DNA of 64,000 nt from Phoronis australis (Eukaryota > Animalia > Phoronida), in NCBI GenBank assembly GCA_002633005.1, contig NMRA01000167.1, positions 222,432 to 286,431 of the forward strand, written 5' to 3'. Under the pieces are notes generated by a model. It saw only the letters and a program-made list of their open reading frames with translations, was not told the DNA's origin and did no database searches. The position numbers were made by a program, and so were the translations under genes. The stretch's first letter is position 1. Each line of letters opens with the position of its first letter. Shown here in pieces: positions 12,733 through 25,330 of the stretch.

Positions 12733-15018
12733 ACGGCGCAAGAGTAAGTATCCATTTTTCATTTGCTCGTGTAAATCGTGCATACGTGACTTTGACACCC
12801 GAGGATTAAAACGGTTGGAACACTTGCTGTGCTTAGCTGAACTGACAGATGCGAGCACCCTGACCGAATCAGGTCAACATGTCTAACTACGCAGCCGGAC
12901 TCAGATTTTTGATTTGTTATTGAACGCGTCTTCATAGTCTCTCGTTGATGTAACATCCAGTGGAGAGCCAGAATTTCATGAACACAATGTTTAACAGTTT
13001 ATGTTGTTGCCGTGACTAGCCACTGCCACAAAGAAGCAACTGCAAATGACGTGTTTGTGCTCTCCCTGGCACTACAAACCACTCACAATCGCGGGTCACG
13101 ACAATGAATTGTGGGTCACTTTGCTCTTCTCCCTTGAATCAAGACGATCATTTCTTGAATAGTAAGTAGGTATAGAGTCTAATCATCAAATTCTAAGACT
13201 TTGAATTCAAACATGACTAGAAGTCTTTGCCTTGAAGGGTTGGAAGTATCGTGGTAATAAACGGATACAGTACATGGGTGATGGGTCCCTGATTTGAGAA
13301 CCAGCTACTGCCCCCTGAATAATACCTGTTAACTGGTAGTCGTTGTGCCGTCATCCCTGTCTGTCCATCCATCTGGCGTCCTCTGTTGTATCTCCCAATG
13401 CCCTTTGATATATGTGTTCGTGAAATTTTGCGGACATGCTCCTATGTATAAGGGATTGAGCGGAGCTTAGAGAAGTCTCGGATTGATCGGAGTACCAGTG
13501 TGTTCCATAGTGGCAATTTTATTTTTTTGATGTTTACGTAGCTCTGCTATCAGAGATCATTTCAAGAAAGATTTTCATGAAATTTGGCAAATAGGTATCC
13601 GATAAGGTAATGACTCTGCCTTTTCATTTTTGGATAGATTATACTTACTTTGCAGCACCTGGTGGTTATTTTTACAGTTTTTGGCATCCACCTCTCTATC
13701 AGCCAAACTCTTGTAAGGATGATTGTGAAATTTGATGCACATTATCTGTTCATACTGTGAAGAAGACAGCTGTTGATCATATTTAGGTGGCCCTGACTAC
13801 TCTGGCGTCTGATAGTGGTAGTTTTTATGCATTATGCCCTAATTCCTGTCCGTCTGTGCATTCATCTGGCGTCGGTCCGGTGTCCAATGTCCTACATCCT
13901 CTGCTGTATCTTCATACCTTTTGATATATGTTCCTGTCATAGAAAGTCTGTAAAATTAAATTTTTGACTTAAAGCCAATTTACTATTAATAGTCACTTGA
14001 CAACTGGTATGTCTTTTTAGTAAAATTTCGCAAAAGGAAAGGTACATTGTCAATAATGTGACTAAATTTCGTTTGGAATCAATGTTCAAGTTGAAACGTA
14101 AACCTTGCTAAAATTTTTGAAATTGTCAAAATTTCATTCTTTTGATTTTTTGATGAAAATTAAGTCAAAGTCCTATTTTTGTGAACCCCTGGTGCAAAAA
14201 TGGAACATTTTAAAGACAATTCTGAACAGTATTTTGGATGACAGCATATGAAGCATGGAAGCTGAATGTTTCATATGGATACGATCAGACAAATAGAAAT
14301 ATTGTAAAGAATTGGATGCATTCATTGACCTAAAAATATAAAGTTAAGGTGAAGCCATTACTCAGGTGAGGTCAAAAATGACCAAGTTCAAAGTAACATC
14401 AAATAGGAAGGAAGTGTTTGACTAAGCCAAAAATAACACCAGTGATAAGTCCAGCTTACTTGTGTTGAGTCTGAAAACATAATCTTGCAATGAGTTTGAA
14501 CTTTAGGGGATTAGTTGTTTGCTTAATAAGTAACTTAGGGCGTTTTGGACTTTTGGCACCAGTTGTGTACGTTTATTTCAAGATTAAACATACAAACTTC
14601 CCACAGTATGGACATGGACTTTCGAAGTTATAATAAATTCTGTAATTCACATTAAGTTTGAAAGTTGTGTTGTGTCGACCACAGAAAACAGGAAGCATGC
14701 ACTTGCCTTATTTCGTGACTTATTTTTTGTGACTCGTTGCAAAATTGAATTAAAATCGTCTGGCCTCCGTTGTACCTTCGATTGTTTAGCATTTTAAAAA
14801 CACCATGCAAACTCTTGCAGAAAAATGCTAAGCTCAATTTCTCTCAAGGAGGAAGTAATAACGCCAGGTTTGTTACTGGAATCCATATCCCAACATAATG
14901 GTACTGCAAGCCTGTAAGCCTGAGTGTGTGCGTGTGACCCCTTGACCTTGCTTTCATTTCTTCAACGCGGCTATGACTTCATGTTTAATTCAGGCCTTTT
15001 GTTTACATGCATTTGCAG

Positions 15019-15066
15019 ATGCAGCCTTGTGACAGGATGCCTACTGCCTATCACGGTCACCCTTAA
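15019..15066 (+). promoter_or_regulatory. Upstream ORF (MQPCDRMPTAYHGHP*) in frame with the zinc-finger start codon and ending 3 nt before it
   Basis: tttgcag|ATG CAG CCT ... CCT TAA ATT ATG; the uORF ATG is the first triplet after the acceptor. Confidence 0.5.
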
Positions 15067-15069
15067 ATT

Positions 15070-15952
15070 ATGTCTCAGCCGATGCAGCCACACGAGGGCA
15101 GCAGTGGTGATGGCTACGGAGGCAGCGAGACGGAAGAGATACGTTGCATGTACTGCGAGGACACCTATAGTCAACTGGCCAGTTTAATGAGTCACATTAA
15201 GCGTGTTCACAAGGAACACTACACTGATGCTTTATCGAAATCTGAAAAACACAAGTGCCTGTGGTGCGACACAAAGTTCGCTAAACTCAGCCACCTGATG
15301 ACGCATATCGAAACCAACCACCCAGATCAGTACAACGAAGCACAGAACTCGAAAAACTTGGATAGATCAAAAAAGGAACAAATATTACGCGAGGGTAAGA
15401 AGGACGAGCGGCCGGAGTCGTCTGGTAGTTCGGGTCAGAGTTCACCTGGCGTAGAATCAAAAAACAATAACAAGGAAGATCCAACGACTTTAACGGCAGT
15501 GAAACCGGAAAATATCAAAAGGAATACAGAAACTGTTGTGTTGAAACCAAAAAAGTTTAAAAAACCCCGACTTCATGCGTTGGATGACATCACTCAAGAT
15601 GAGCGAAATCCCCCGCCTGAACAGAAAATGGAAGACCCGACAGTCGACGAGATTGCTTCAGAAGGCGCTGATATGTCTGGTCGGACGCATAGTGTTGGGG
15701 AGTCCAGTGTAATCAGCCCTCCCGTGGCTCAGTTTGCCACACCTAAACACGTGTACCAGGGTCCAGCGTTAATGCCAGAGGGGGTAATAGATCATTCTAA
15801 GCTATTCTCCCCCCTCATTGCTACTCCTGGGAGTGTGCCTTACACTAAACTGAGAGAGGATCCGCTGCATACAAGAATTGAGCGGCCTGAGGAATTACTA
15901 CACAGGTCGCGGGGACGACCTTCAAAACTAGCCACCATCATGGGGGCTCAAG
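15070..15952 (+). CDS. C2H2 zinc-finger transcription factor, coding exon 1 (two C2H2 fingers, AT-hook-like RGRP)
   Basis: CMYC...HIKRVH and CLWC...HIETNH fingers; RSRGRPSK; phase-1 donor CAAG|gtgggt matches the phase-1 acceptor at 21178. Confidence 0.88.
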
Positions 15953-18900
15953 GTGGGTCTCTTTAAAGCTTCATGTCATGCGCATCCAAATACCAGTAAC
16001 TTGGATAAATTTTCGTTTGGAGTACTTTGATCAGGGTAAATAATTTTCTTCCCTGGCAGTCTGTACAGGCTTTTCATTCACAATTTGTTTTCAAAGTGGT
16101 CTACTTATTCTCACATGCTGTATTTTTTCTGTTGCAAAACCATTTTGTGTTTACAAATACATCTTTTTTCATGAACTGCAGTTTTACCTGCAGTATTTGT
16201 AGAACAGGCCTGCCAGTGCGTGACATACGGTAACAATTCTTCAATTTGGGACAAACGTGTCGTTAAAATTTCCATATATCTATTTTAGAGGCTTACCACA
16301 TTTTTACAAAAAACTCAAAATTATGCCTTATGTAGCAGCTACCTCATACAAACCATGCTCAAAGCACATTAAATTTTCATAAAAAGCTATTTTTATTGAG
16401 AAATTTGACAAGATGAAGTTTAACTTGTCCGCCATATTGTATCCCAGACTGTGGAATGCTTACCATTATGAGCTGCAGATCACATTTGCGACTTGAAATT
16501 TGGAAATGCTAGCTGAGATTTTGGCCAGCTCATATTAGTGGCTCATGTGCAACTTGGGCATTACAACTCCTGCGAGCTGAGTTGCGTCGCCTGAAAACAT
16601 CCCGATAGTATTTTTTAGTTGAACGGGAACATACTGGTGCTGCAACACTGGAAGTAGTTCGTCACTATGTACCTTTTATGGTCGTCATTGAGGTAACGAC
16701 CTGGAATCTGTGTATGCGAGCTAAATTTCGGGCAGTTGGGATTTTGGCCAGGTCGCTAATGACAACCTGGTAATGTTTATACTGTCAGACACAGTCAGAT
16801 TTGATATTGTACCAAGTGTGTGCTACGTAATATCAAGCATGAGTAATGCACGTCTCCTGATAGACAGTCAAAATACTGTTTCTAGTAAATAACCGTGTTC
16901 GGGGGGAACAAAATAACAGAACATATGACAAGAACTGCTACTTGTGATAGAAGAATCGAGTTTATCACATAAGTCCACGTGCTGATCAGCATGTCTTTGC
17001 GGTCTGTGTAGGTGGCTGATCGTTTACCCTATTGGTGCACATGGCAAGACAAACTTAATTGTTTTAAGGGCCGCATACATTTCACTGGATTTGGTCGCCG
17101 CCTTTTTCTCGGTCATAGTCCTTTACCAGCTTCATCATCACTTTGCCATCTCTGTCATCCACTTCCATGTTTTCCATTGTTCTCCTTACAATCAAAAATG
17201 GTGGTGCACCATGTTTGCTCAGTTCTGAGCCATGTTTGGAAATCTTAAGGTATGTTTGAAGAGCTCTGAGCCATGTGTGAAATGTTTATCCATGTTTGAA
17301 AAACCTGACCTTGTTTTGCAGTATTCGAGATCATGTTTGTTTTTTATTCTTTTGTTGTAAAAATGTCAGTGGACATGCTCAGCGCAAAGACTGTGTAACT
17401 GTACTTAGTTATGGTGAATTAGTGGAAAAGCGAGATTGGAACACGAAAATGCCATGCAACCTGAGCCATGGTTGTATTTTTACCTCAGGAGGTCCCAGCT
17501 AGGGTTTCTCTGACTTGACAATCTTGACACCATTTGTATGCATTCAATGGTGTAGCGTCAAAAATATTAGACTAACGACGGACTCAACCAAAATTGATGA
17601 AAGTGATGCGTCCCATTGTTATCATCCAACACTGTCCTGTCTGCAAGGCGATTATATCTGCATAGAAGCTTAGAGGTTTGATTGATGGGTTATGAGGGAT
17701 GAACTCTGGTTCCATGAGTTTCGTTTGTATCAGATAGCCTATTATATAAAAAAGTTTGCCGCGCACATGCACCTGTACACAAAACAACTGGACAAATTTT
17801 TTTTGAAAATGTTCGTTATTTGAAATTTTGGTGCACATTCCTGAACGTTCACATGACGTCGGATTAGAAGGCATAGTGGATGTCCGTCTCCCATATGAGA
17901 AATATTTTACCCTAATTACTCGCAAGACAGCTGACAGGCCGACTTTGTGAATGCTCATTTTAAGGAACGAGTCTGTCTTCTAATCAGACATGAAATTTGT
18001 CTTCTTATCTGAGTTCTACGCTTGAACATGGAAAAATGCACATTTACATGGTAGAAAAAACCGGCTTATTCTGTTCTCTTCTGACTTCTAACCTTTCACA
18101 TGATTGGGGGTATGTTTGAGTATATATTGGTGATTTATGCTTTGCACAACTCATGCAAAGGGCAGCTCAGTACATTAAAAGTGTACTCAGATTTTAAGAG
18201 CATCAATTACTTATATCTGAGACATTTAGTAATTAATTAGATTTACATTCGCTGCCGTTTAAAACTGGTAGTCGTCTCTTGGTACGATAGACGGCAGTCG
18301 GCAGTAGACTTATATTTGCTTAGATTTTTCAGATGTATTTAGATATCAGGGACTGGGTTGCATAAAACTGTTGCATAATGTCTAATGCATTGGTGACAAT
18401 AGCAATGTGTGGTGTGGTGCAATAATGCAATGATGTCATTGCTGCTATTCAGCGTGTATACCTTTTGTGAAACTGGGCGCAGGATGTACGTACTGTCTTT
18501 GTATCTAGGCGATGAATAAATTGTTACTATTTGTAATAATTGCCATTTTAGCCGATCATTGTAAGTGATCACAACCACCATTGACTTTGTCTTAACTACA
18601 TACTACATCGTCAGGATCATTCAGTAATTCATTCCTTTACCATGTTGTATGACAACCATGAATTCACTTCCCTACAATTGACAAAACAGACGACAGCGGA
18701 ATTTGTAATTGGTCAAATAAGTTAATGGTGTGACAATTTGAATCTTAGTTGCGGAAGTTGCTAAATGATTCAAGAACAAGTTTTGTGGCAGACACGAGCC
18801 GCTGAACCATGTCCAGTGAGTACTGCGACATGGAATTATAATTTTACACAAAAGAAATTGCCAAAAATGCTCCTTTTTCATTTTTCAATGTTTCCTATCG

Positions 18901-19160
18901 TTGTGAACGCCCACAATTTTTCATGACTTCGTTTGATCGCAGCAGTGGTACAAAGCTTGAACATGGAAAATTTAATTTGGTGGCACATATACCTCACAGT
19001 TACCGCGTTCTATGTTGGTGTCATTTTATCGTACTATTGTAAAATATCCCGTGGCCCACCCATAAAGCAAGGCGCCACTAAAACGCTTAAAAGATTGGAT
19101 ATGTGAATTTTGTATGTTTTGGGAGCTAAAATTTGCGTAAGACGGGCTTTCACAAAGGAC

Positions 19161-19218
19161 GCGGACTTTCTCAAAGACACAGACTTTCTCACAGACACGG
19201 ACTTTCTCAAAGACACGG
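19161..19218. repeat. 18-bp minisatellite, 3 copies (ggactttctcaaagacac)
   Basis: Seen directly. Confidence 0.8.
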
Positions 19219-21177
19219 GTGTTCAAGGAAGCCTCGATTGTATAAATTTGGGGTTGGTTTGAAGCCAAATGAGCATGATTTAAGAGTGAAATTTGGAAAT
19301 TTCGGGGATGAGTGTTAAGCTTGAAATGGGTGTTGAAGTGAACGAGTACGGTTTAAGTAATGACGCAAAAGTCAAAGGTCAGCTTGTTGGGAACTGAGAC
19401 CGGTTTTAGGGAGGATTTAGGTTTCAGCCTCTTTAAATCTTAAATAGGAAATTGGAAACATTGATCCAATTAAGTCTTTCAAATGCAAGTTTGAGAACTT
19501 TTCTTGATTTGTCGTAACTGATGCTATGGAAATAGAGCTGCACATTTTTGTCGTAAAAAATCTCCTAGTTCAGGATAGTGAAGATTTAATATTTTGCTCA
19601 AGGTCATAGCTTGTACAGCTTTACCAAATTTTAGAAGCAGGTAAGAATAGCTGTCCCTCATTCAAGAATTATGATCAATGGGTACGCATGAAAATTTTGC
19701 GCCGGCAGCTATTTTCAATGATTTTATGAACTGCCAAGTCTATTTTAAGACTCTATTGTCTCGAAATGTATTGTATGGATTTGTCCCACATTTGAGAAAT
19801 GCCAAAAGCACCCAATGTACATGTCTTTAGAATCAAGAAATTTTGTTTGAAATTTGTTGTCCCAAATTTTTAAGACTGCCAAACTGGAAATTTTTTACTG
19901 AAGTATCCTTTGTTAGGAAGCATTTGAATTGATGAACGGAAACAGAATTTTGAGTTGAGCAGTTGTTTTTGCCTTTTTGGCAGAGACGCCAGTCCTCTTT
20001 CCTATGTGGTGTGTGAAATGGCTGCAGGGGTGTCTCTTATTACAGGATGCACATTCAAAAACAGTGATTAGATCTCATGACTGGCCTGTAGTCTGTGTGT
20101 CACGTGAAAATGAAATCACAAGGAAATAAGATTTGTGAATGACTTGAAATTTGTTAGGAATACATGTAGCTTGGAATGCAGTTTGGGTATAAAACATTGA
20201 GGTATTTATCAACCCTGGCTTGTAAAGTTCTTTCACATTTTGTGAAATAATTTTTAACTACCTGTTTTTATTTTGTGGAAGTATATTTTATGAATGCTTG
20301 GTGACAGAAAAATGCGCAAATTTTGCACATGAATAATTTGTTTGAATAAAGTTGCTATGAGTAACAATGAAAATATAAAATTTCATGCAATACTGAGTTT
20401 TTGAAAGAAACCCACAAAGACTGACAATTACCTTTGAAGGGGTCCATGTTCTTTAGTTTCATTTACAAAATTTATTTATCCACCTCTGATGATCGCAGAC
20501 CAACATGGTTGCCTAAAATGTTTACAAGGACAATTAAGATATTTACAAATTTAACAATACATGCATGAAGTTACTTTCATAAAGTTCAACTTGCACTTCA
20601 TTATTACAGTCGTGGGATGCTCTAGAATTTCCAAATTTGGCTAAGTTTGGAACATGATGTCTCAAGAATGGATGATCCATCATACTGCTAGACAAAGCGT
20701 GTTGTTTCAACAACGCGAAATTGATATTCTTTACGCGTACCGTTTTATAAATATCGTACACATCTCCAGGCTCGAGTGACATATCCAAAAATGACGAGAT
20801 TGTACTGTGTGCTCAATGCTTTGTTCTTCAATTGTTTTTATAATGTTTACTTACTTGTATGAGTGGCTATCAGTAATCAGTGAAGTTGCATAAAACAAAA
20901 GCAAAATGATGATTTAGAAAACTAGTGTTTTGAAGATTTCAATTTTGTACATTCGAAATTTGGTCTTGTTGTAGCTAAATTTTACTGAAGACACGATCAC
21001 ATCGGACAGTTAGTGGCAGATGAGTAAAAAATTCTATTTGCTTTCTACCTTCAAAACATGCAAACTTTCACAAATAAATTTCGTAGTTTTGTGATTACGG
21101 TATGTAGCTAAATGTTCAGATTGCTCAACAAGGTCGCGCATAATCTTTAGCTCAACAGAGTGTATTGCTATTGGCAG

Positions 21178-22100
21178 GAAGCAGCATGCTGGATGTGCCA
21201 CCTGTTGAGGTGGGACGGGGAAGCTCAGGACAGTACAAGTGCTTCTGGTGCGACCAGACGTTCAAGATGCGTGGTCGACTCATGGATCACATCGACCAGC
21301 AACACAAGTCGTCGAAAGAACAGCAGGATAAGGAGGCGTCGGCATCCTTGAAGCAAAAACTTACTCACTCAGACATGACGCTGCCTGGCGCAGTGAATGG
21401 GTGGCCACAGACCACGGGACCTTTCCTGGCTCCCTCTTGGCCACACACGCTACCCATACCCGGCTACTTCTTTCCCCAGCTTAATGGGCTGGACTACATG
21501 TGCGGTCGAAGCTCGGCATTTCCGACTTCACAGCAGCCCTCTTTCCCTGGTCCCGTACCTGTGTCTTTAGTCCCAAACTCGAGCCCTATGTCAAATTGTA
21601 AGTTCTTTAAACTGGGGGCGTCTCGTACGAGGCTGACATCCTGTCGAATTCGAGCCAGCGATATTCTGCGAAAACAGAAGCACTCCTGTAGATTTTACTA
21701 TTTAAAGCTTAGAGACTGTTCCAAGGTGTTCTGTCAGAACCCTGACTTGGTTCCCTGCTGTTTTAACGGGAACGTTCAGGATGATAGTCCCTCTTTAGTC
21801 ACAGTGTCAGAGCCTCTTGTGGAGGTGAAAGACTTTTTCCGCCAGCCATTTCTGCCCGACCCTAGACTTCATGGAATGCCGTGGTTGAGTCCGGGGGCAG
21901 GGCGGCGGTCATCCGTCCCTAGTATGCTGCCATTGGAAGTTAGTAAGATAAAACAAGAACCATCAGATGACTTGGCTAATTTGGCCGCATTTGCGTCGAG
22001 TTCGCGCTATGGACGTCGTGGATCATTTCCGCTGGATTTAAGGAATCCTGGAAAGACACCGGACTTAAACATGCGACGTTCTCGTGAGTACCCTCTGTAA
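21178..22100 (+). CDS. C2H2 zinc-finger transcription factor, coding exon 2 (third finger, Pro/Ser-rich region, IKQE and PLDLR motifs); may contain an intron at 21598-21798
   Basis: Acceptor ttggcag|GA in phase with exon 1; CFWC...HIDQQH finger; TAA stop at 22098-22100; joined CDS is 1806 nt (601 aa). Confidence 0.85.
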
Positions 22101-22872
22101 AGTGGCTTAGTTTAACAACATGGTTTGTTTCGTCGCCATTTGTTTAATTTGTTCAACTGGCAGCAAACGCCGTTATTGTGATGTGGAGTTGAGCAAAAAT
22201 AGTTTTCCTAGAAAGACTTTGTTTAATTTGATATTGTGCTATCTATATTGATTATGTCAAAACGTAATGAAGATTTTGTGCAATTTATTATGAGAATAGT
22301 TAATGAACACCGTTCAGTTTATTCTGTTATAGACTTTATAAATACACTGTGTGTATCTTGATATCAAGAGGTTTCAGCATTTTTGTGTGAGGTATTTTAT
22401 TAGCGTGTATATTATCCTTGGGCTCTCGTTACCAAATCAATTGCACGTAATGATGTGATGTCTGCAAGGAAGAGGCAAAAGTTTTTGTGCTCAACATCAA
22501 GCATTCATTGGTTAATGAACGGTCGTAACATAACGTTCACGTGTCGGAGCTTTTGTCACTTTTATGCTACTGTTGGCTACGGTACGTTACTTTGTGAATT
22601 TAAGCCACGATACTGCATGTACTTCGGTAAAACCTCAACAATGTCAGACAGAATGTGTGCCAAATTGATGTTTTTTTTCAAAAACGTTGCAAACTCAGAA
22701 TTTCACTCCACATGATCTGTTTGTTTTTCTGTGTTATGGAACTTAAAAATCCCAATCATGTATTTGGTTCTACTTATTTTTATGAAAAAATACATTTTGT
22801 GTCCTTTAAACTGGTGAGATGTTTCCGTATAGCAAAATGTGTTTCTTGCTTATTGTGGCATCACAGTCCTAA

Positions 22873-23758
22873 AGGTGAAGGCAACCTATTCTCATGTCAT
22901 TTTTAGCAAAATACGGTTCGTTGATTATCCCAGACATATTTTCCACTTAATTACAGCTTTTCATAATTTGATTAATTATTTGTTTCCTCCGGAAGTGACG
23001 TTTTAGGGGGCGAAGATTTCGCGCACATTTCTTTTCCCGTAGTCTGACTATATGAGCGTTGACGAGTCAGTCATAGATCTACCTCGGTTGTCATAAGTTC
23101 AGTCATTGTTTGGTTTTGTTTACGAGTCAGTTGCTGCCTACTGGGATGTACTCATTATGGCCCAAAGCTTGTAAGCAGCCCTCCTGCGATATTGAGTAGT
23201 GGGAGTGAATACAGGGCCCTTTTGACACCCAGTGAAGAGGACAGTTCGTCGTTCAATGAACAGATCGGTGAGCCACACTTTGATAAGTTTATTATGGACT
23301 TGTCTAAAGTATTGGAGCTATTTAGAAGGTGCCAGGTGTGTGGTGAGGGTGTCACACAACGGGGTGTAAGCAGTTTGTGTTCTCAAGTCACTATCAGTGG
23401 GATTGTGTCGTGGACACTCAGCCAAGTGGGACAGTTGTTCCTCTGTCCATGGAACGATAATGAGTACATCCTGGTACGCAGCAACAGTGTGGCATGTCGA
23501 CTGACTTGTAAACAAAAGGACACAATGACCGAACTCATCAAAACCGCGAGATAGAACAATGACTGACTGGGCAGCTCTCACAGTCAGACTATACGAAAAG
23601 AACTAGGCGGGAAGTTCTTGCCTCCCAAAACGTCACTTCCGGAGTAGAGAACGAATAATTAAATTACGAAAAACTGTCATTAAGGGGAAAATATGTCTGG
23701 GATAACCAACAAACCTTATTTTTGCTAAAACAGACATGAAAAAGGGTTGCGTTCGCCT
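22873..23758 (+). mobile_element. Non-autonomous Kolobok-like DNA transposon with about 185-bp TIRs and an internal transposase remnant
   Basis: ctaa|AGG...CCT|ttaa termini; long imperfect TIRs; internal peptide KFIMDLSKVLELFRRCQVCG resembles, from memory, the K(F/Y)IV...L.ELF..C..C segment of Kolobok transposases. Confidence 0.75.
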
Positions 23759-24997
23759 TTAAGTTAGAGCACATCCCGCAGTATAGTGTTACTTTTTATT
23801 GACTATTGAAAAATTGCCTCCTATTGCTGAAGACAGTGATTTTACTGGGAATGTGGTGTAAGTGAAGTTTTGTATATGGATGAACCTTAGGAGTTGTGAG
23901 AGACTCAAACAGTTGTGTCTAGACCGTTTTTTTAAATGGACTACGGCTACCAATAAAATCTTAAGAGAATTTGAGATGTGATAATTATGGGAGATTTTTT
24001 TACGATACATAGCAGTGTCAGAGGAAGTCCTTACCATTACACGGCCTTCGGCAGTGACCTCATTAGTAAGAGTACAATGGGTATTCATGCACTGACTGGG
24101 GAGATTAGTTTCTCTTGTTCTGCCTTCAATGTGTTTTATTGTCTCCCATGGATTCCTGTCTATTTTTAGCCTTGAATGTTTACATATAGGTATTGTGTTC
24201 CATTGATCTTTTAAGTGTAAACAAAATCTAGGAAGGGCCTTGATGAGCCTACATCTGGTCTTATTTGATAATAGAGGAAGGCTAGAACTTTCTTAATACA
24301 AATCATCATTGTCATGGTGTACATGGGTGCCATTTTATTGTGATATTGTATTGAGTAAACAGATATGTTCATATTTTTGAAACTGCATGTCAACTTGTTA
24401 AGCTGTGCAAAAACGTATCTAGATCAAAACTAGCCAATTACTTCAGTAAAGTTGGAAAATTTTCACACTGTAGTCGTGTCCGTGCTATGAGTTTCCCTCA
24501 CACCTTGCCCCCTGTTCAGCCAAGAATTCATACTACGTAGTCACCCTACAAATATGGTGCAAACAAGAGTTCGACAGATATGTACAATATTAGCCAAATG
24601 TATTCAGACAAAATTACCCAGAATTCCTGTCAGGACAGATGGCAGAAGCCGAATTTATGTTCACAATAGCTTTCCCTCATTATCGAGAATGAAGAGTATT
24701 TATAGAAAAATTAGTAGGGTGGTTAAGTCATTTTGTGAATAGAGTTTTGCTACCTTGGTAGTTATTATCAGTCAATTTTGCGGTTAATAAAATTAGCCGT
24801 CGTGACAGGGAAAACGATATTTTGTCCGATTAGTTTTGTCTTCTGCTGTATGTAATTGAGCAAGTGCGGAGATGGTAATTAATTGCACCATGTCTGCAGG
24901 TCATTTTCCACATTGTGATTAGTGCTTAGGTGTTGTTAATTGTTACCCACGTGTCAAGTTAACCCGGTGAGAATGGCCTCTACACTATTGTCGGGTT

Positions 24998-25330
24998 GTA
25001 AAATTTCTCCAGTTTAGGATAGTCTCTAAAGTTTGAGACGCCAAAATTGGAGCCAAAGCAGCATTTCTGTGATTCTGAAGTTCGAGTCATGGGCTATTTT
25101 GACATTCATCATGTCTGAAAAACAGGACACTTCATTTTGTATTTTTTAGTGAAATCTGAAAATAGACTTCATAATTTGTAATTCATTGAAAATAGGCGAC
25201 TCAATTTTGTCGTCTGTTTCACAATTCTTGAACTTCGCACGACCAATATTACCGTTTTTTAAAATTTGATACAAGATACGACCACAATCACTGTGCCCCA
25301 AATTAGACAATTTTTTATGTGTTAAATCCA
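24998..25330. mobile_element. Copy of the TA-target MITE family (see 54105-54409; boundaries approximate)
   Basis: gtaaaatttctccagtttagg..agtctctaaa..gattctgaag..ttcttgaa..ccaatatt blocks are shared with the other copies. Confidence 0.55.

Noticed and set aside
10700-13170. 5' UTR exons of the zinc-finger gene (GTAAGT donors near 12744 and 13162)
   Set aside because: Plausible, but cannot be delimited without transcript data.
23192-23554. 120-aa ORF as a host gene
   Set aside because: It lies between long TIRs and looks like a frameshifted transposase remnant.
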